DNA from: an uncultured Pelagibacteraceae bacterium
GTDB taxonomy: Bacteria; Pseudomonadota; Alphaproteobacteria; Pelagibacterales; Pelagibacteraceae
Assembly: GCA_902595115.1 (NCBI GenBank)
Contig: CACJOS010000002.1
Span: forward strand, 34,378-98,377
DNA: 64,000 nt
Direction of reading: 5' to 3'
Shown here: piece by piece, positions 20,287 to 28,653 of the stretch
How positions within the stretch are numbered: the first letter of the stretch is position 1
Layout: every line of letters begins with the position of its first letter
Position numbers and translations under genes: made by a program
The notes under the pieces: generated by a model
The model's database searches: none
The model's input: only the letters and a program-made list of their open reading frames with translations
What the model was told of the DNA's origin: nothing

Positions 20287-20310
20287 ATTATAACTCATTT
20301 AACAAGTCAA
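20282..20310 (-). promoter_or_regulatory. Putative sigma70 promoter of the recombinase, overlapping the outer arm of the site
   Basis: Minus strand TTGACT-N17-TATTAC. Confidence 0.35.
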
Positions 20311-20334
20311 GCAATTAATGTAAAAGTTTTTTTA

Positions 20335-20499
20335 ATGCCAAGATATGTAATTATAGGACTAGCTGTTATTGTTGGAACATTTCTAATTATGAATTACTGG
20401 CCAAAATTAAAAAACCAGACAAAAACCCGAATATTAATGGGCATATTTGGAATATTTTTTATAAGCATATTTGTCCTCTTATTTTTGTTAATGTATTAA
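20335..20499 (+). CDS. Small 54-aa two-TM membrane protein (not in ORF track)
   Basis: MPRYVIIGLAVIVGTFLIMNYWPKLKNQTKTRILMGIFGIFFISIFVLLFLLMY; two hydrophobic helices with a basic loop. Confidence 0.55.
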   Translation: MPRYVIIGLAVIVGTFLIMNYWPKLKNQTKTRILMGIFGIFFISIFVLLFLLMY

Positions 20500-20505
20500 G
20501 AAACT

Positions 20506-20979
20506 TTGATCGATATTTTTATTATAATTATAGCTGGTATTTTTTCATGCATAATTTTGGATATTTTGGGGTTTTTAATGAAGTTTTTTGGAATTCCCGA
20601 ACCTTCATGGGCTATCGTTGGTCGATGGACCTATTATATGCTAAAAAAAGCCAAATTTTATAACCCTAATATTGCAGAAATGGCTTCATTTAAATATGAG
20701 GTTATTCTAGGTTGGGTTTTTCACTATTACTTATCAATTTGTTGGGCTGTTATATATTACATTTGTTTTATATTTATTGGTCTTAAAATGTCCTATTTTT
20801 CGGGATTCATATTTGGAGCTCTAACTACTTTAGCTCCATTATTGATATTCCTGCCATTTACTGGACAAGGTATATTTGCTATGAATACCAATATACCTGT
20901 AAAAACCTCATTAATTTTTTTGATTAGACATTCAATTTATGGAATTGCTATGTATGAGGGTTTTAGATGGTTCAATTAA
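20506..20979 (+). CDS. DUF2938-like membrane protein
   Basis: WAIVGRW, GWVFHY, LPFTGQGIFA, HSIYG pattern; TTG start. Confidence 0.7.
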   Translation: MIDIFIIIIAGIFSCIILDILGFLMKFFGIPEPSWAIVGRWTYYMLKKAKFYNPNIAEMASFKYEVILGWVFHYYLSICWAVIYYICFIFIGLKMSYFSGFIFGALTTLAPLLIFLPFTGQGIFAMNTNIPVKTSLIFLIRHSIYGIAMYEGFRWFN

Positions 20980-21083
20980 TCAATGAAATAAAGTTATCCC
21001 CACTATTCACTAATTGTAAAAAAAATAAAAAACAATTAAAAAGTGATTAATACAACTTACTATTATTGATATTATTAATTCAA

Positions 21084-21265
21084 TTAAGAGGCAACTCTTA
21101 ACTGGCCAACTGGGGAAAGGCCGAGAGGACCAAGCCCAGGGGGCAGAAAGCTTTGCGGAGTAGCGCTAAAATCGTGAAGCGGGAGGCATGGCGGTAGCGC
21201 CTACAACGACGTGCCAAAACTTACTGTTCTTTGCACCGTAAAAAGTGCAAGGAAACAGGGGTTTT
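21084..21265 (+). ncRNA. Structured GC-rich RNA upstream of MGMT
   Basis: Five stems in a GC-rich patch: TTAAGAG-GCAA-CTCTTAA; CTGGG..CC-GAGA-GG..CCCAG; CTTTGCG..CGTGAAG; GGCATG..CGTGCC; long terminal hairpin followed by a T run. Confidence 0.75.
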
Positions 21266-21269
21266 TCTT
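21216..21269 (+). terminator. Long hairpin (terminator or RBS-sequestering stem) directly before the MGMT start
   Basis: CTGTTCTTTGCAC-CGTAAAAA-GTGCAAGGAAACAG followed by GGGTTTTTCTT. Confidence 0.55.
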
Positions 21270-21539
21270 ATGAAAGGAACTCCATTTCAAGTTAAAGTTT
21301 GGAAATATCTTAGAACCATTCCTAGAGGTAAAGTAATAACTTATAAACAGTTGGCAAAAGCCATAAAAATGCCTAAAGCGGTACGAGCAGTAGCTAATGC
21401 GTGTGCAAAGAATCCTTATGCCCCTAAAATCCCTTGCCATAGAGTGATTAGATCGGATGGAGGCCTTGGTGGTTACTCTGGGCCTGGAGGAATTAGGCAA
21501 AAGATCAGATTATTAAGATCTGAGAAAGTTAAAATATAA
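21270..21539 (+). CDS. ogt: Single-domain O6-methylguanine DNA methyltransferase (MGMT family)
   Basis: FQVKVW, IPRGKVITY, RAVANA, active-site PCHRV; ATG at 21270. Confidence 0.88.
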   Translation: MKGTPFQVKVWKYLRTIPRGKVITYKQLAKAIKMPKAVRAVANACAKNPYAPKIPCHRVIRSDGGLGGYSGPGGIRQKIRLLRSEKVKI

Positions 21540-22003
21540 AACAATTTTCGAGTATTTTTCAGCCAAAAAGGTAATAAAATCAACATTTTTTAAACATTTG
21601 TAATCAAAACTACTTCGATAGAGAAATTCCCCCTTTAGTTGTACCAAAAACAATGATTTGTTAAAAATAGACCCTTCCCTGCTCGTTTAAATGGCATATT
21701 CTAATTATGCATTGCTCACAAAATTACCCTTCAAAGTCTTTAAAAGATCTTAATTTGCAGTTCCTTTAATGGATATTTGTGTTTAAAAAATCATGTATTA
21801 ATGCGATATATTTTATATCAGTCATTTTTTAGGATAAAAATTCATAAATATTTAATTTTTTCATTTATAATTTTATAATTTACTCGATAATTATACAATA
21901 TTTTTGTCATTATTATAATATTTAAAATAATCAATAATTACAGTAATATACAATTGTATATTAAAGTAACACATTAATATATAGTAAATAATTTTGTACT
22001 TTA

Positions 22004-22855
22004 TTAAATATTATTTTTATTAAAGCTGCCCCTTCTAAAAATATAAATACCTGCCGATACAATGATAAATAGACCGAGAAAAGTCCAATTATCAGGAAAA
22101 TCACCAAAGAAATAGTACCCAATTATTATATTAGTAATTATTTCAAAGTAACTAAAAGGAGCTAGTTTAGAAGCATCAGCGTATTTAAGAGATAAAATTA
22201 AAAAGAAATGTCCTATGCAAGCAAATATTCCAACAGCAGCCATTAATGACCATTGGGTTAATGATGGTTGCACCCAAACAATTGGAATGATTAAAGAAAT
22301 AATTATAGCCCCTACTACACCGGTTAATAATAAAGTTAATAGTGGATTATCAGATGAACTTAATTTTCGTGTTATAATTAAATAAAATCCATACAAAATT
22401 CCTGTTATTAATGCTGCTATACTCGCTAAGTTTATATCTACAAATCCTGGTCTAATTACCACCAAAGTACCAACAAAACCTATTATTACAGCTAACCACC
22501 TTCTATAACCAACTTTTTCACCTAAAAAAAAAGGTGAAAATGCTGTGACTATTAGTGGAGCTATAAATGCTAAGGTTAAAGCTTTAGCAAGAGATATTAT
22601 TGATATTGAATAAAAAAAACAAATATTAGCAAGCAAAAGTATCAATCCTCTTAAGAATTGTAATTTAGGATTTGTAGTCCAAACAAGGTATTTTTTAAAT
22701 AAGAAAAACATTATCGGTAAAGTAAAAAAAACTGTAAAAAAATATCTCGCCCACGTAATTTGCAAAACAGGAAGATCAGAACTTAAATATTTCGCAATAC
22801 CATCCATTATTGGGAGCATTACCCAAGCTAGTAAATTAAATGTTACAGCTTTCAT
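22004..22855 (-). CDS. DMT/EamA family transporter
   Basis: About 10 TM; LGEKVG, IRPG, ASKLAPFSY. Confidence 0.88.
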   Translation of the reverse strand: MKAVTFNLLAWVMLPIMDGIAKYLSSDLPVLQITWARYFFTVFFTLPIMFFLFKKYLVWTTNPKLQFLRGLILLLANICFFYSISIISLAKALTLAFIAPLIVTAFSPFFLGEKVGYRRWLAVIIGFVGTLVVIRPGFVDINLASIAALITGILYGFYLIITRKLSSSDNPLLTLLLTGVVGAIIISLIIPIVWVQPSLTQWSLMAAVGIFACIGHFFLILSLKYADASKLAPFSYFEIITNIIIGYYFFGDFPDNWTFLGLFIIVSAGIYIFRRGSFNKNNI

Positions 22856-23757
22856 TAAGGAAAGTAATTTAATGAAATAAATACAATAATTGGAATAGTA
22901 ATAAATGAAATTACTGTAGATACAAAAATCATACTTGCTACATTATCAACATTTTCCTTCGGTGAATACATAGAGCCAACTAAGAAATTTAAAATTGCAC
23001 TTGGCATCGAACATTGTATTAACAATACTCCAGCTGCAAATCCAGATAGATTAAAATAATAAATGATTGCAAAACCAACAACAGGACCAAGAATAACACG
23101 AGCAAATGAAGAGATTAAAGATCTTTTAAATGAAAAAACTTTAAGACGTGTTAATGCTATACCTAAAGACATTAAAATTAAAAAAATTGTAGCATACATT
23201 AATAAAAATGTAGTATTTTCAACAAACACTGGGAGTTCAATATCGTAATAAAGTAATAGCACGGATATAACGATAGTATAAAAAGCGGGACTTTTTAATA
23301 TAACATCAAAACTAAACCTTCTATCAGCTAAAAATACACCTACTGTAAAATGAAAAAGAATTATCAGAGCAGTAATTGCAGCAGCAACACCTAAACCTTC
23401 AAATCCATATGCAAATAAACAAATAGGAAAACCCATATTTCCCGTATTAGGCATCATGAATGGAGGGAGTTCTCTTATAATATCATTTGATTTAACAAAA
23501 AATAAGAAAATAACTCCTATAATAGCAAAACCAAAAATTGCTAATAAATAATACCAAAAATAGTCAACAAATGTATGAAAAGAGATGTTTTTGACGTTCA
23601 GCGCATAAATTATCATGGCAGGTGAACCCACATTAGCAGCAAAGTTAGTGATAAAATTTGTATCGAATTTTTTATCCTTTTTGCCAATATAATATCCAAT
23701 ACCAATGATAAAAAAGACAGGAAATATTACTTCGAAAAGTTTTATATATATTTCCAT
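22855..23757 (-). CDS. AEC (auxin efflux carrier) family transporter
   Basis: NTGNMGFPI, QCSMPSA, multiple TM. Confidence 0.85.
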   Translation of the reverse strand: MEIYIKLFEVIFPVFFIIGIGYYIGKKDKKFDTNFITNFAANVGSPAMIIYALNVKNISFHTFVDYFWYYLLAIFGFAIIGVIFLFFVKSNDIIRELPPFMMPNTGNMGFPICLFAYGFEGLGVAAAITALIILFHFTVGVFLADRRFSFDVILKSPAFYTIVISVLLLYYDIELPVFVENTTFLLMYATIFLILMSLGIALTRLKVFSFKRSLISSFARVILGPVVGFAIIYYFNLSGFAAGVLLIQCSMPSAILNFLVGSMYSPKENVDNVASMIFVSTVISFITIPIIVFISLNYFP

Positions 23758-25046
23758 TAAAATAATCTTATAAGTATGGGTTTTTTAATTATATTTTTTA
23801 TAGAATTAATAGATTTTAAACATTTTTTTGAATTATTTTCTTTAACATTGTGGGTAATAATTATAATTGAAGCCTTTTTCCTAGTGTTGTCAGGTATCTG
23901 TATTAATCTTTGAATTGAAATTTTATATTTTGCTAAATGTTTTGTAATTTGTGATAAAACACCTGGTTTATCATTTACCTCAAATCTTAAATATAATGAA
24001 TTTTCATAATTTTTATCATCATATGTATTAGCATTTTCCCTAGCATTATTTGGTAGTCCAAATGGAAATTTTATATTCCCTCTTAAAATAGATAAAAAAT
24101 CTGACATTAAAGCAGATGAAGTTGGACCGGGACCAGCTCCCTCACCTTGTAAAACTGTTTCTCCCACTGGCATACCCTCAAGAATTACAGCGTTCATGAC
24201 ACCACTGACATTAGCTATATACGTATTTTTCCTAACTAAACATGGGTGGACCCTTTCGAAAAGCTTATTATTTAAAATTTCTGTAATTCCTAAAAGTTTT
24301 ATCCTTAAATTCAATTGCTCTGCCATGTCAAAATCTTTACTTTCAATACTCTCTATACCCTCCATTAAACAATTTGATTTCGAAATTTTTTTATTAAAGG
24401 CTAGTGCAGAAAGAATTTTTACTTTTGCTAAGGTATCATAACCATTTAAATCTAATTTAGGATTACCTGGTTCAGCGTATCCAAGATTTTGTGCTTTTTT
24501 AAGCACATTTTTGAAATCATCCCCTGTTTTTTCCATTTCAGTCAAAATATAATTACAAGTACCATTAAGTATTCCATAAATTTTATGAATTTTATTTGTA
24601 GCAAGTCCTTCTTTGATTGTTCTTAAAATTGGGATACCACCACCTACAGAAGCTTCAAATTCTAAATTGACTTTATTTTTGACTGCTAATTTTGACAGAT
24701 ACTCGCCGTGTTTAGCAATTAATGCTTTATTTGGAGTAATAACATGTATTTTTTTATTAATTGCTTTCTCAACAACTTTTTTTGAAATTCCATCTGACAA
24801 ACCTATGCATTCAAATATTATATCTATTTTTTTTTCCGTAATTATTTTTAAAGGATTTGTATAAAAGATTTTTTTATTAATTTTAAAATTTCTTTTTTTA
24901 TTTTTATTTTTTGCACTTATTGCAACAATATTAATAATTTTACCAGTTTTCTTTTGTATTTCTTTTTTTTTAATTAAGACTTCTTTATAAAGGTAGGAAC
25001 CAATTTGACCTAAACCTATTATTGCTACATTGTATACTTTTTTCAT
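23757..25046 (-). CDS. hom: Homoserine dehydrogenase with ACT domain
   Basis: GLGQIG, EASVGGGIP, GILNGTCNYIL, GAGPGPTSSA, C-terminal ACT. Confidence 0.96.
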   Translation of the reverse strand: MKKVYNVAIIGLGQIGSYLYKEVLIKKKEIQKKTGKIINIVAISAKNKNKKRNFKINKKIFYTNPLKIITEKKIDIIFECIGLSDGISKKVVEKAINKKIHVITPNKALIAKHGEYLSKLAVKNKVNLEFEASVGGGIPILRTIKEGLATNKIHKIYGILNGTCNYILTEMEKTGDDFKNVLKKAQNLGYAEPGNPKLDLNGYDTLAKVKILSALAFNKKISKSNCLMEGIESIESKDFDMAEQLNLRIKLLGITEILNNKLFERVHPCLVRKNTYIANVSGVMNAVILEGMPVGETVLQGEGAGPGPTSSALMSDFLSILRGNIKFPFGLPNNARENANTYDDKNYENSLYLRFEVNDKPGVLSQITKHLAKYKISIQRLIQIPDNTRKKASIIIITHNVKENNSKKCLKSINSIKNIIKKPILIRLF

Positions 25047-25219
25047 TTATCAATATCAGGGTAATTTTTTGATTTATTATAATTCTCGAGTTTTTCCTTA
25101 TATTCAATAATACTTAAATTGTAAAAATTATCAAAATCTACATTCTTAGATAAATTTTTATTATTATTTAGACTACAAGAGCTTAACAAAATCAAGAGGA
25201 ACAAAAATAATCTTATCAT
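25043..25219 (-). CDS. Small 58-aa lipoprotein (not in ORF track)
   Basis: MIRLFLFLLILLSSCSLNNNKNLSK...YPDIDK; lipobox LSSC; ATGA overlaps with both argC and hom. Confidence 0.7.
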   Translation of the reverse strand: MIRLFLFLLILLSSCSLNNNKNLSKNVDFDNFYNLSIIEYKEKLENYNKSKNYPDIDK

Positions 25220-26235
25220 TGAATACCTTCATTTTCTTTTAACCCGAATCTTAAATTCATATTTTGTACTGCCTGACCAGAACCACCTTTAATTAAATTA
25301 TCTATTGCAGACAATATAATTATTTTATCTTTATACTTAGATTTACAAACTGATATTATACATTTATTTGTACCTATCACATCATTAGTACTTAAGAAGG
25401 TATCTTTGTTTGCAATTTTAATAAATTTTTTCCCTTTATAATATTGTTTAAGAATATTTAGTACTTTATTTTGATTAATATTTTTATTCATATCAATATA
25501 TATAGTACTTAGTATCCCGCGAAACATCGGAGTAAGATGTGGCGTAAAAGTAAATTTGATATTACGTTTTGAATAAAAATTTAATTCTTGCATAATTTCC
25601 GAATTATGACGATGTAAAGTTATTCCATAAGCACTTAAAGACTCGTACAAATTTTTATCTTTAAATTTTTTATGTACTCCTCGGCCAGCGCCAGAATATC
25701 CAGATTTTGAGTCAATAATAATATTTTGAGTTTTAATTATTTTTTTTATTATTAATGGAACTAATGGTATTAATATAGATGTAGGATAACATCCTGGACA
25801 AGATATAATTTGGTAATTTTTTAACTTTAAATTTGATAATTCTGGTAAATTATAGACACTCTTTTTAATATTACTTACTGCACTATGTTTTTTTTTGTAC
25901 CATTTTAAGTATTCTTTTGAACTTTTTAAACGAAAATCTCCAGAAAGGTCAATTAAAACATTATGTTCTTTTAAATTTTTTGAAATACTTTGAGCTTCTC
26001 CATTAGGTAGTGCTGAAAATATTATATCACATTCGTTTATTCTAGATTTAGTAATTTTTGTAATTAATGGTAGATTGTATTTAATTGATTTGTCAAAATC
26101 TGTAATTTTTTTTCCAACGGAACTGTTTCCACATAGATACTTAATTTTAACTTTTTTATGTTTTGATAAAATTTTTATTAATTCTATACCTAGATACCCT
26201 GTTGCACCGGCTATTAAAACATTCATTTTAGACAT
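25216..26235 (-). CDS. argC: N-acetyl-gamma-glutamyl-phosphate reductase
   Basis: GATGYLG, PGCYPT, SGYSGAG, DNLIKGGSGQAVQ. Confidence 0.96.
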   Translation of the reverse strand: MSKMNVLIAGATGYLGIELIKILSKHKKVKIKYLCGNSSVGKKITDFDKSIKYNLPLITKITKSRINECDIIFSALPNGEAQSISKNLKEHNVLIDLSGDFRLKSSKEYLKWYKKKHSAVSNIKKSVYNLPELSNLKLKNYQIISCPGCYPTSILIPLVPLIIKKIIKTQNIIIDSKSGYSGAGRGVHKKFKDKNLYESLSAYGITLHRHNSEIMQELNFYSKRNIKFTFTPHLTPMFRGILSTIYIDMNKNINQNKVLNILKQYYKGKKFIKIANKDTFLSTNDVIGTNKCIISVCKSKYKDKIIILSAIDNLIKGGSGQAVQNMNLRFGLKENEGIQ

Positions 26236-26269
26236 TGATTAGTTATAACAGTTTATATTGAAAAAAAAA

Positions 26270-26710
26270 TTATCTTTTAGAAAACTGGAAGCTTCTTCTA
26301 GCTTTTCTATGGCCGTATTTTTTTCTCTCCACGGCTCTAGAGTCTCTCGTGGTTAATTTTTCTTTTTTAAGAGTTGATTTAGACTCAGGGTCAATCATTA
26401 CTAATGCTTTTGAAATACCATTAACCATGGCACCAACTTGTCCTGTTAAACCACCGCCTTTTACCTTGCAATTTACATCATAGGTAGTTTGTTGATTTAA
26501 TATTTCAAAGGGTCTCAGCAATTGCATCTTATGATTAGCTCTTTTAAAATAATTTTCATAATTTTTTCCATTTACAATTATTTTTCCAGTACCTTTTTTA
26601 AGCCATATTCTTGCAATTGACGTTTTTCTTTTACCAGTCGCATATTTAGCATCTTTGAAATTTAAGTCAGATTTACTAATTTCGTTAGATGAGTTTGTAT
26701 TTACTTCCAT
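26270..26710 (-). CDS. rpsI: 30S ribosomal protein S9
   Basis: ATGKRKTS, GGGLTGQ, ERKKYG, QFSKR. Confidence 0.98.
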   Translation of the reverse strand: MEVNTNSSNEISKSDLNFKDAKYATGKRKTSIARIWLKKGTGKIIVNGKNYENYFKRANHKMQLLRPFEILNQQTTYDVNCKVKGGGLTGQVGAMVNGISKALVMIDPESKSTLKKEKLTTRDSRAVERKKYGHRKARRSFQFSKR

Positions 26711-26711
26711 A

Positions 26712-27173
26712 TTAATTTCTAATTAAATTTTTGTTGTTCATTTTAGATACATTTAAAATTTTTGGATTTTGCGCTGAATGAGGATGATTTTCACCTGGAT
26801 AAATTTTTAATTTTCTAAGCTGATTTTTTGATAAAACACCACCAGGTAACATTCTCTTTACTGCCAATTTAAGTATTTCTTCTGGTCTATTTTTCTCACT
26901 CAGTTTTTGTGGAGTAATTTCTTTGATACCGCCAGGATAACCAGTATGTTTATAATATTTTTTATTTTGGAACTTATGTCCTGTAAATTTAATTTTTTCG
27001 ACATTTTTAACAATTACAAAATCACCATGATCAACATGTGGTGAATAAGTATTTTTGTTTTTTCCTCTGAGAATTTTAGTAATTATAGTTGCTAGTCTTC
27101 CGACAACAGCATTTGTTGCATCAATTTCTATCCAATCGGAGCTTATTTCAGATTTTTTGATAAACTTAGTCAT
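26712..27173 (-). CDS. rplM: 50S ribosomal protein L13
   Basis: IDA..GRLA, HTGYPGG, AVKRMLP, HPHSAQ. Confidence 0.98.
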   Translation of the reverse strand: MTKFIKKSEISSDWIEIDATNAVVGRLATIITKILRGKNKNTYSPHVDHGDFVIVKNVEKIKFTGHKFQNKKYYKHTGYPGGIKEITPQKLSEKNRPEEILKLAVKRMLPGGVLSKNQLRKLKIYPGENHPHSAQNPKILNVSKMNNKNLIRN

Positions 27174-27324
27174 TTGTGTGGGATTAATACTTTTAATTAA
27201 TTAGTATGTCAATTGATAGGTTGTATTTTAATCCCAAAAAAAGCTTATACAATAAGGGTTTTTTTAAAAATTGGACATTCAGTCTAGCTGTAATAAAATA
27301 AAATTATAAAAAGGGAGGAAATTA

Positions 27325-28653
27325 ATGTCAAAACAAACAAAAAATCCGGAAACTATTGCATTACATGGTGGTGATTACAGAAGTGATCCAGCTACTACTG
27401 CGGTAGCTGTTCCAATTTATAGAACAACGTCATATCAATTTAACAATACAGGGCATGCTGCAAATTTATTTGCATTAAAAGAATTTGGAAATATTTACAC
27501 AAGAATTATGAATCCAACAAATGATGTACTTGAAAAAAGAGTTGCGGCACTAGAAAATGGTTTAGCCTGTGTAACAGTTGGCTCTGGCCAAGCTGCATCA
27601 ACATTTGCAATAGTTAATGTATGTCAAGCTGGAGATAATTTTGTTAGCTCAACCGATCTTTACGGTGGTACTGTTAACTTATTTACTCATACATTAAAAA
27701 AATTAGGAATAGAGGTAAGATATGCTGATCCATCTGATCCTAAAAATTTTGAAAAAGCTATTGATGAAAAAACTAGATGTTTTTATGCAGAGACTTTACC
27801 AAATCCAGCTCTTCGTGTTTTTCCTATCAAGGAGGTTTCAGATATAGGAAGAAAACATAATATACCGTTGATAATGGATAATACTGCTGCACCAATTATA
27901 TGCAAACCACTTGATCATGGTGCTGCTGTAGTAGTTCATTCATTAACTAAATTTATTGGTGGTCATGGCACTGTAATTGGTGGGTGCTTAGTTGATGGTG
28001 GTAATTTTGATTGGACAGCAGATCCTAAAAGACAACCATTGTTTAATGAACCTGATATGAGTTATGGTGGAGCAAAATGGGGTGAAGTAGTTCCTCAATT
28101 AACTGGTGCAAATGTTTCATTTGCTGTTAGAGCAAGAGTATGTCTACTTAGAGACTTAGGTGCACCGTTAGCACCTGATAATGCATGGGGAATTATTCAA
28201 GGTCTTGAAACAGCTCCTTTAAGAATGCAACAACATTGCTCTAATGCAACAAAAGTTGTCGACTTTCTACAAAAACATAAAAATGTAGAGCGTGTTATAT
28301 ACCCTACCCTTCATAAAGGTGCGATCGGTGATAGGACTAAAAAATACTTTTCTGGAGGTAATGGAGCATTAGTCGGTATTGAAGTTAAGGGCGGTGTAGA
28401 AGCTGGTAAAAAGTTTATAGAAGCTTTAAAAATGTTTTATCATGTTGCAAATATTGGTGATGCAAGAAGCTTAGCAATACACCCGGCAACAACAACACAC
28501 AGCCAATTGACTCCTGAGGAGCTTTTAGCTGCTGGTGTAACGCCTGGTTATGTTAGACTTTCAATTGGTATAGAACATCCAGATGATATTATAGCTGATT
28601 TAAAACAAGCATTGGATGCTTCAGGAAAACCAAGTCTAAAGGCTGTTAGTTAG
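27325..28653 (+). CDS. metY: O-acetylhomoserine aminocarboxypropyltransferase (sulfhydrylase)
   Basis: GNIYTRIMNPT, HSLTKFIGGHG (PLP Lys), ANIGDARSL; strong RBS GGGAGG. Confidence 0.93.
   Translation: MSKQTKNPETIALHGGDYRSDPATTAVAVPIYRTTSYQFNNTGHAANLFALKEFGNIYTRIMNPTNDVLEKRVAALENGLACVTVGSGQAASTFAIVNVCQAGDNFVSSTDLYGGTVNLFTHTLKKLGIEVRYADPSDPKNFEKAIDEKTRCFYAETLPNPALRVFPIKEVSDIGRKHNIPLIMDNTAAPIICKPLDHGAAVVVHSLTKFIGGHGTVIGGCLVDGGNFDWTADPKRQPLFNEPDMSYGGAKWGEVVPQLTGANVSFAVRARVCLLRDLGAPLAPDNAWGIIQGLETAPLRMQQHCSNATKVVDFLQKHKNVERVIYPTLHKGAIGDRTKKYFSGGNGALVGIEVKGGVEAGKKFIEALKMFYHVANIGDARSLAIHPATTTHSQLTPEELLAAGVTPGYVRLSIGIEHPDDIIADLKQALDASGKPSLKAVS

Noticed and set aside
21084-21265. Identification as tmRNA, RNase P RNA, SRP RNA or a CRISPR/retron element
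   Set aside because: No tRNA-like ends, no GAGGAAAGTCC, no SRP GGAA loop motif, no repeats-spacers and no reverse transcriptase nearby.
21201-21500. 99-aa minus-strand ORF and the TTG-extended MGMT start at 21231
   Set aside because: The first is an antisense shadow of MGMT. The extension runs through the RNA hairpin, and ATG 21270 fits the domain start.
21691-21715. Canonical XerCD dif-like sequence (GCATA...TTATGC)
   Set aside because: Spacing is one base short of CATAA-N6-TTATG and the XerD arm (TTATGTTAAAT-like) does not match.
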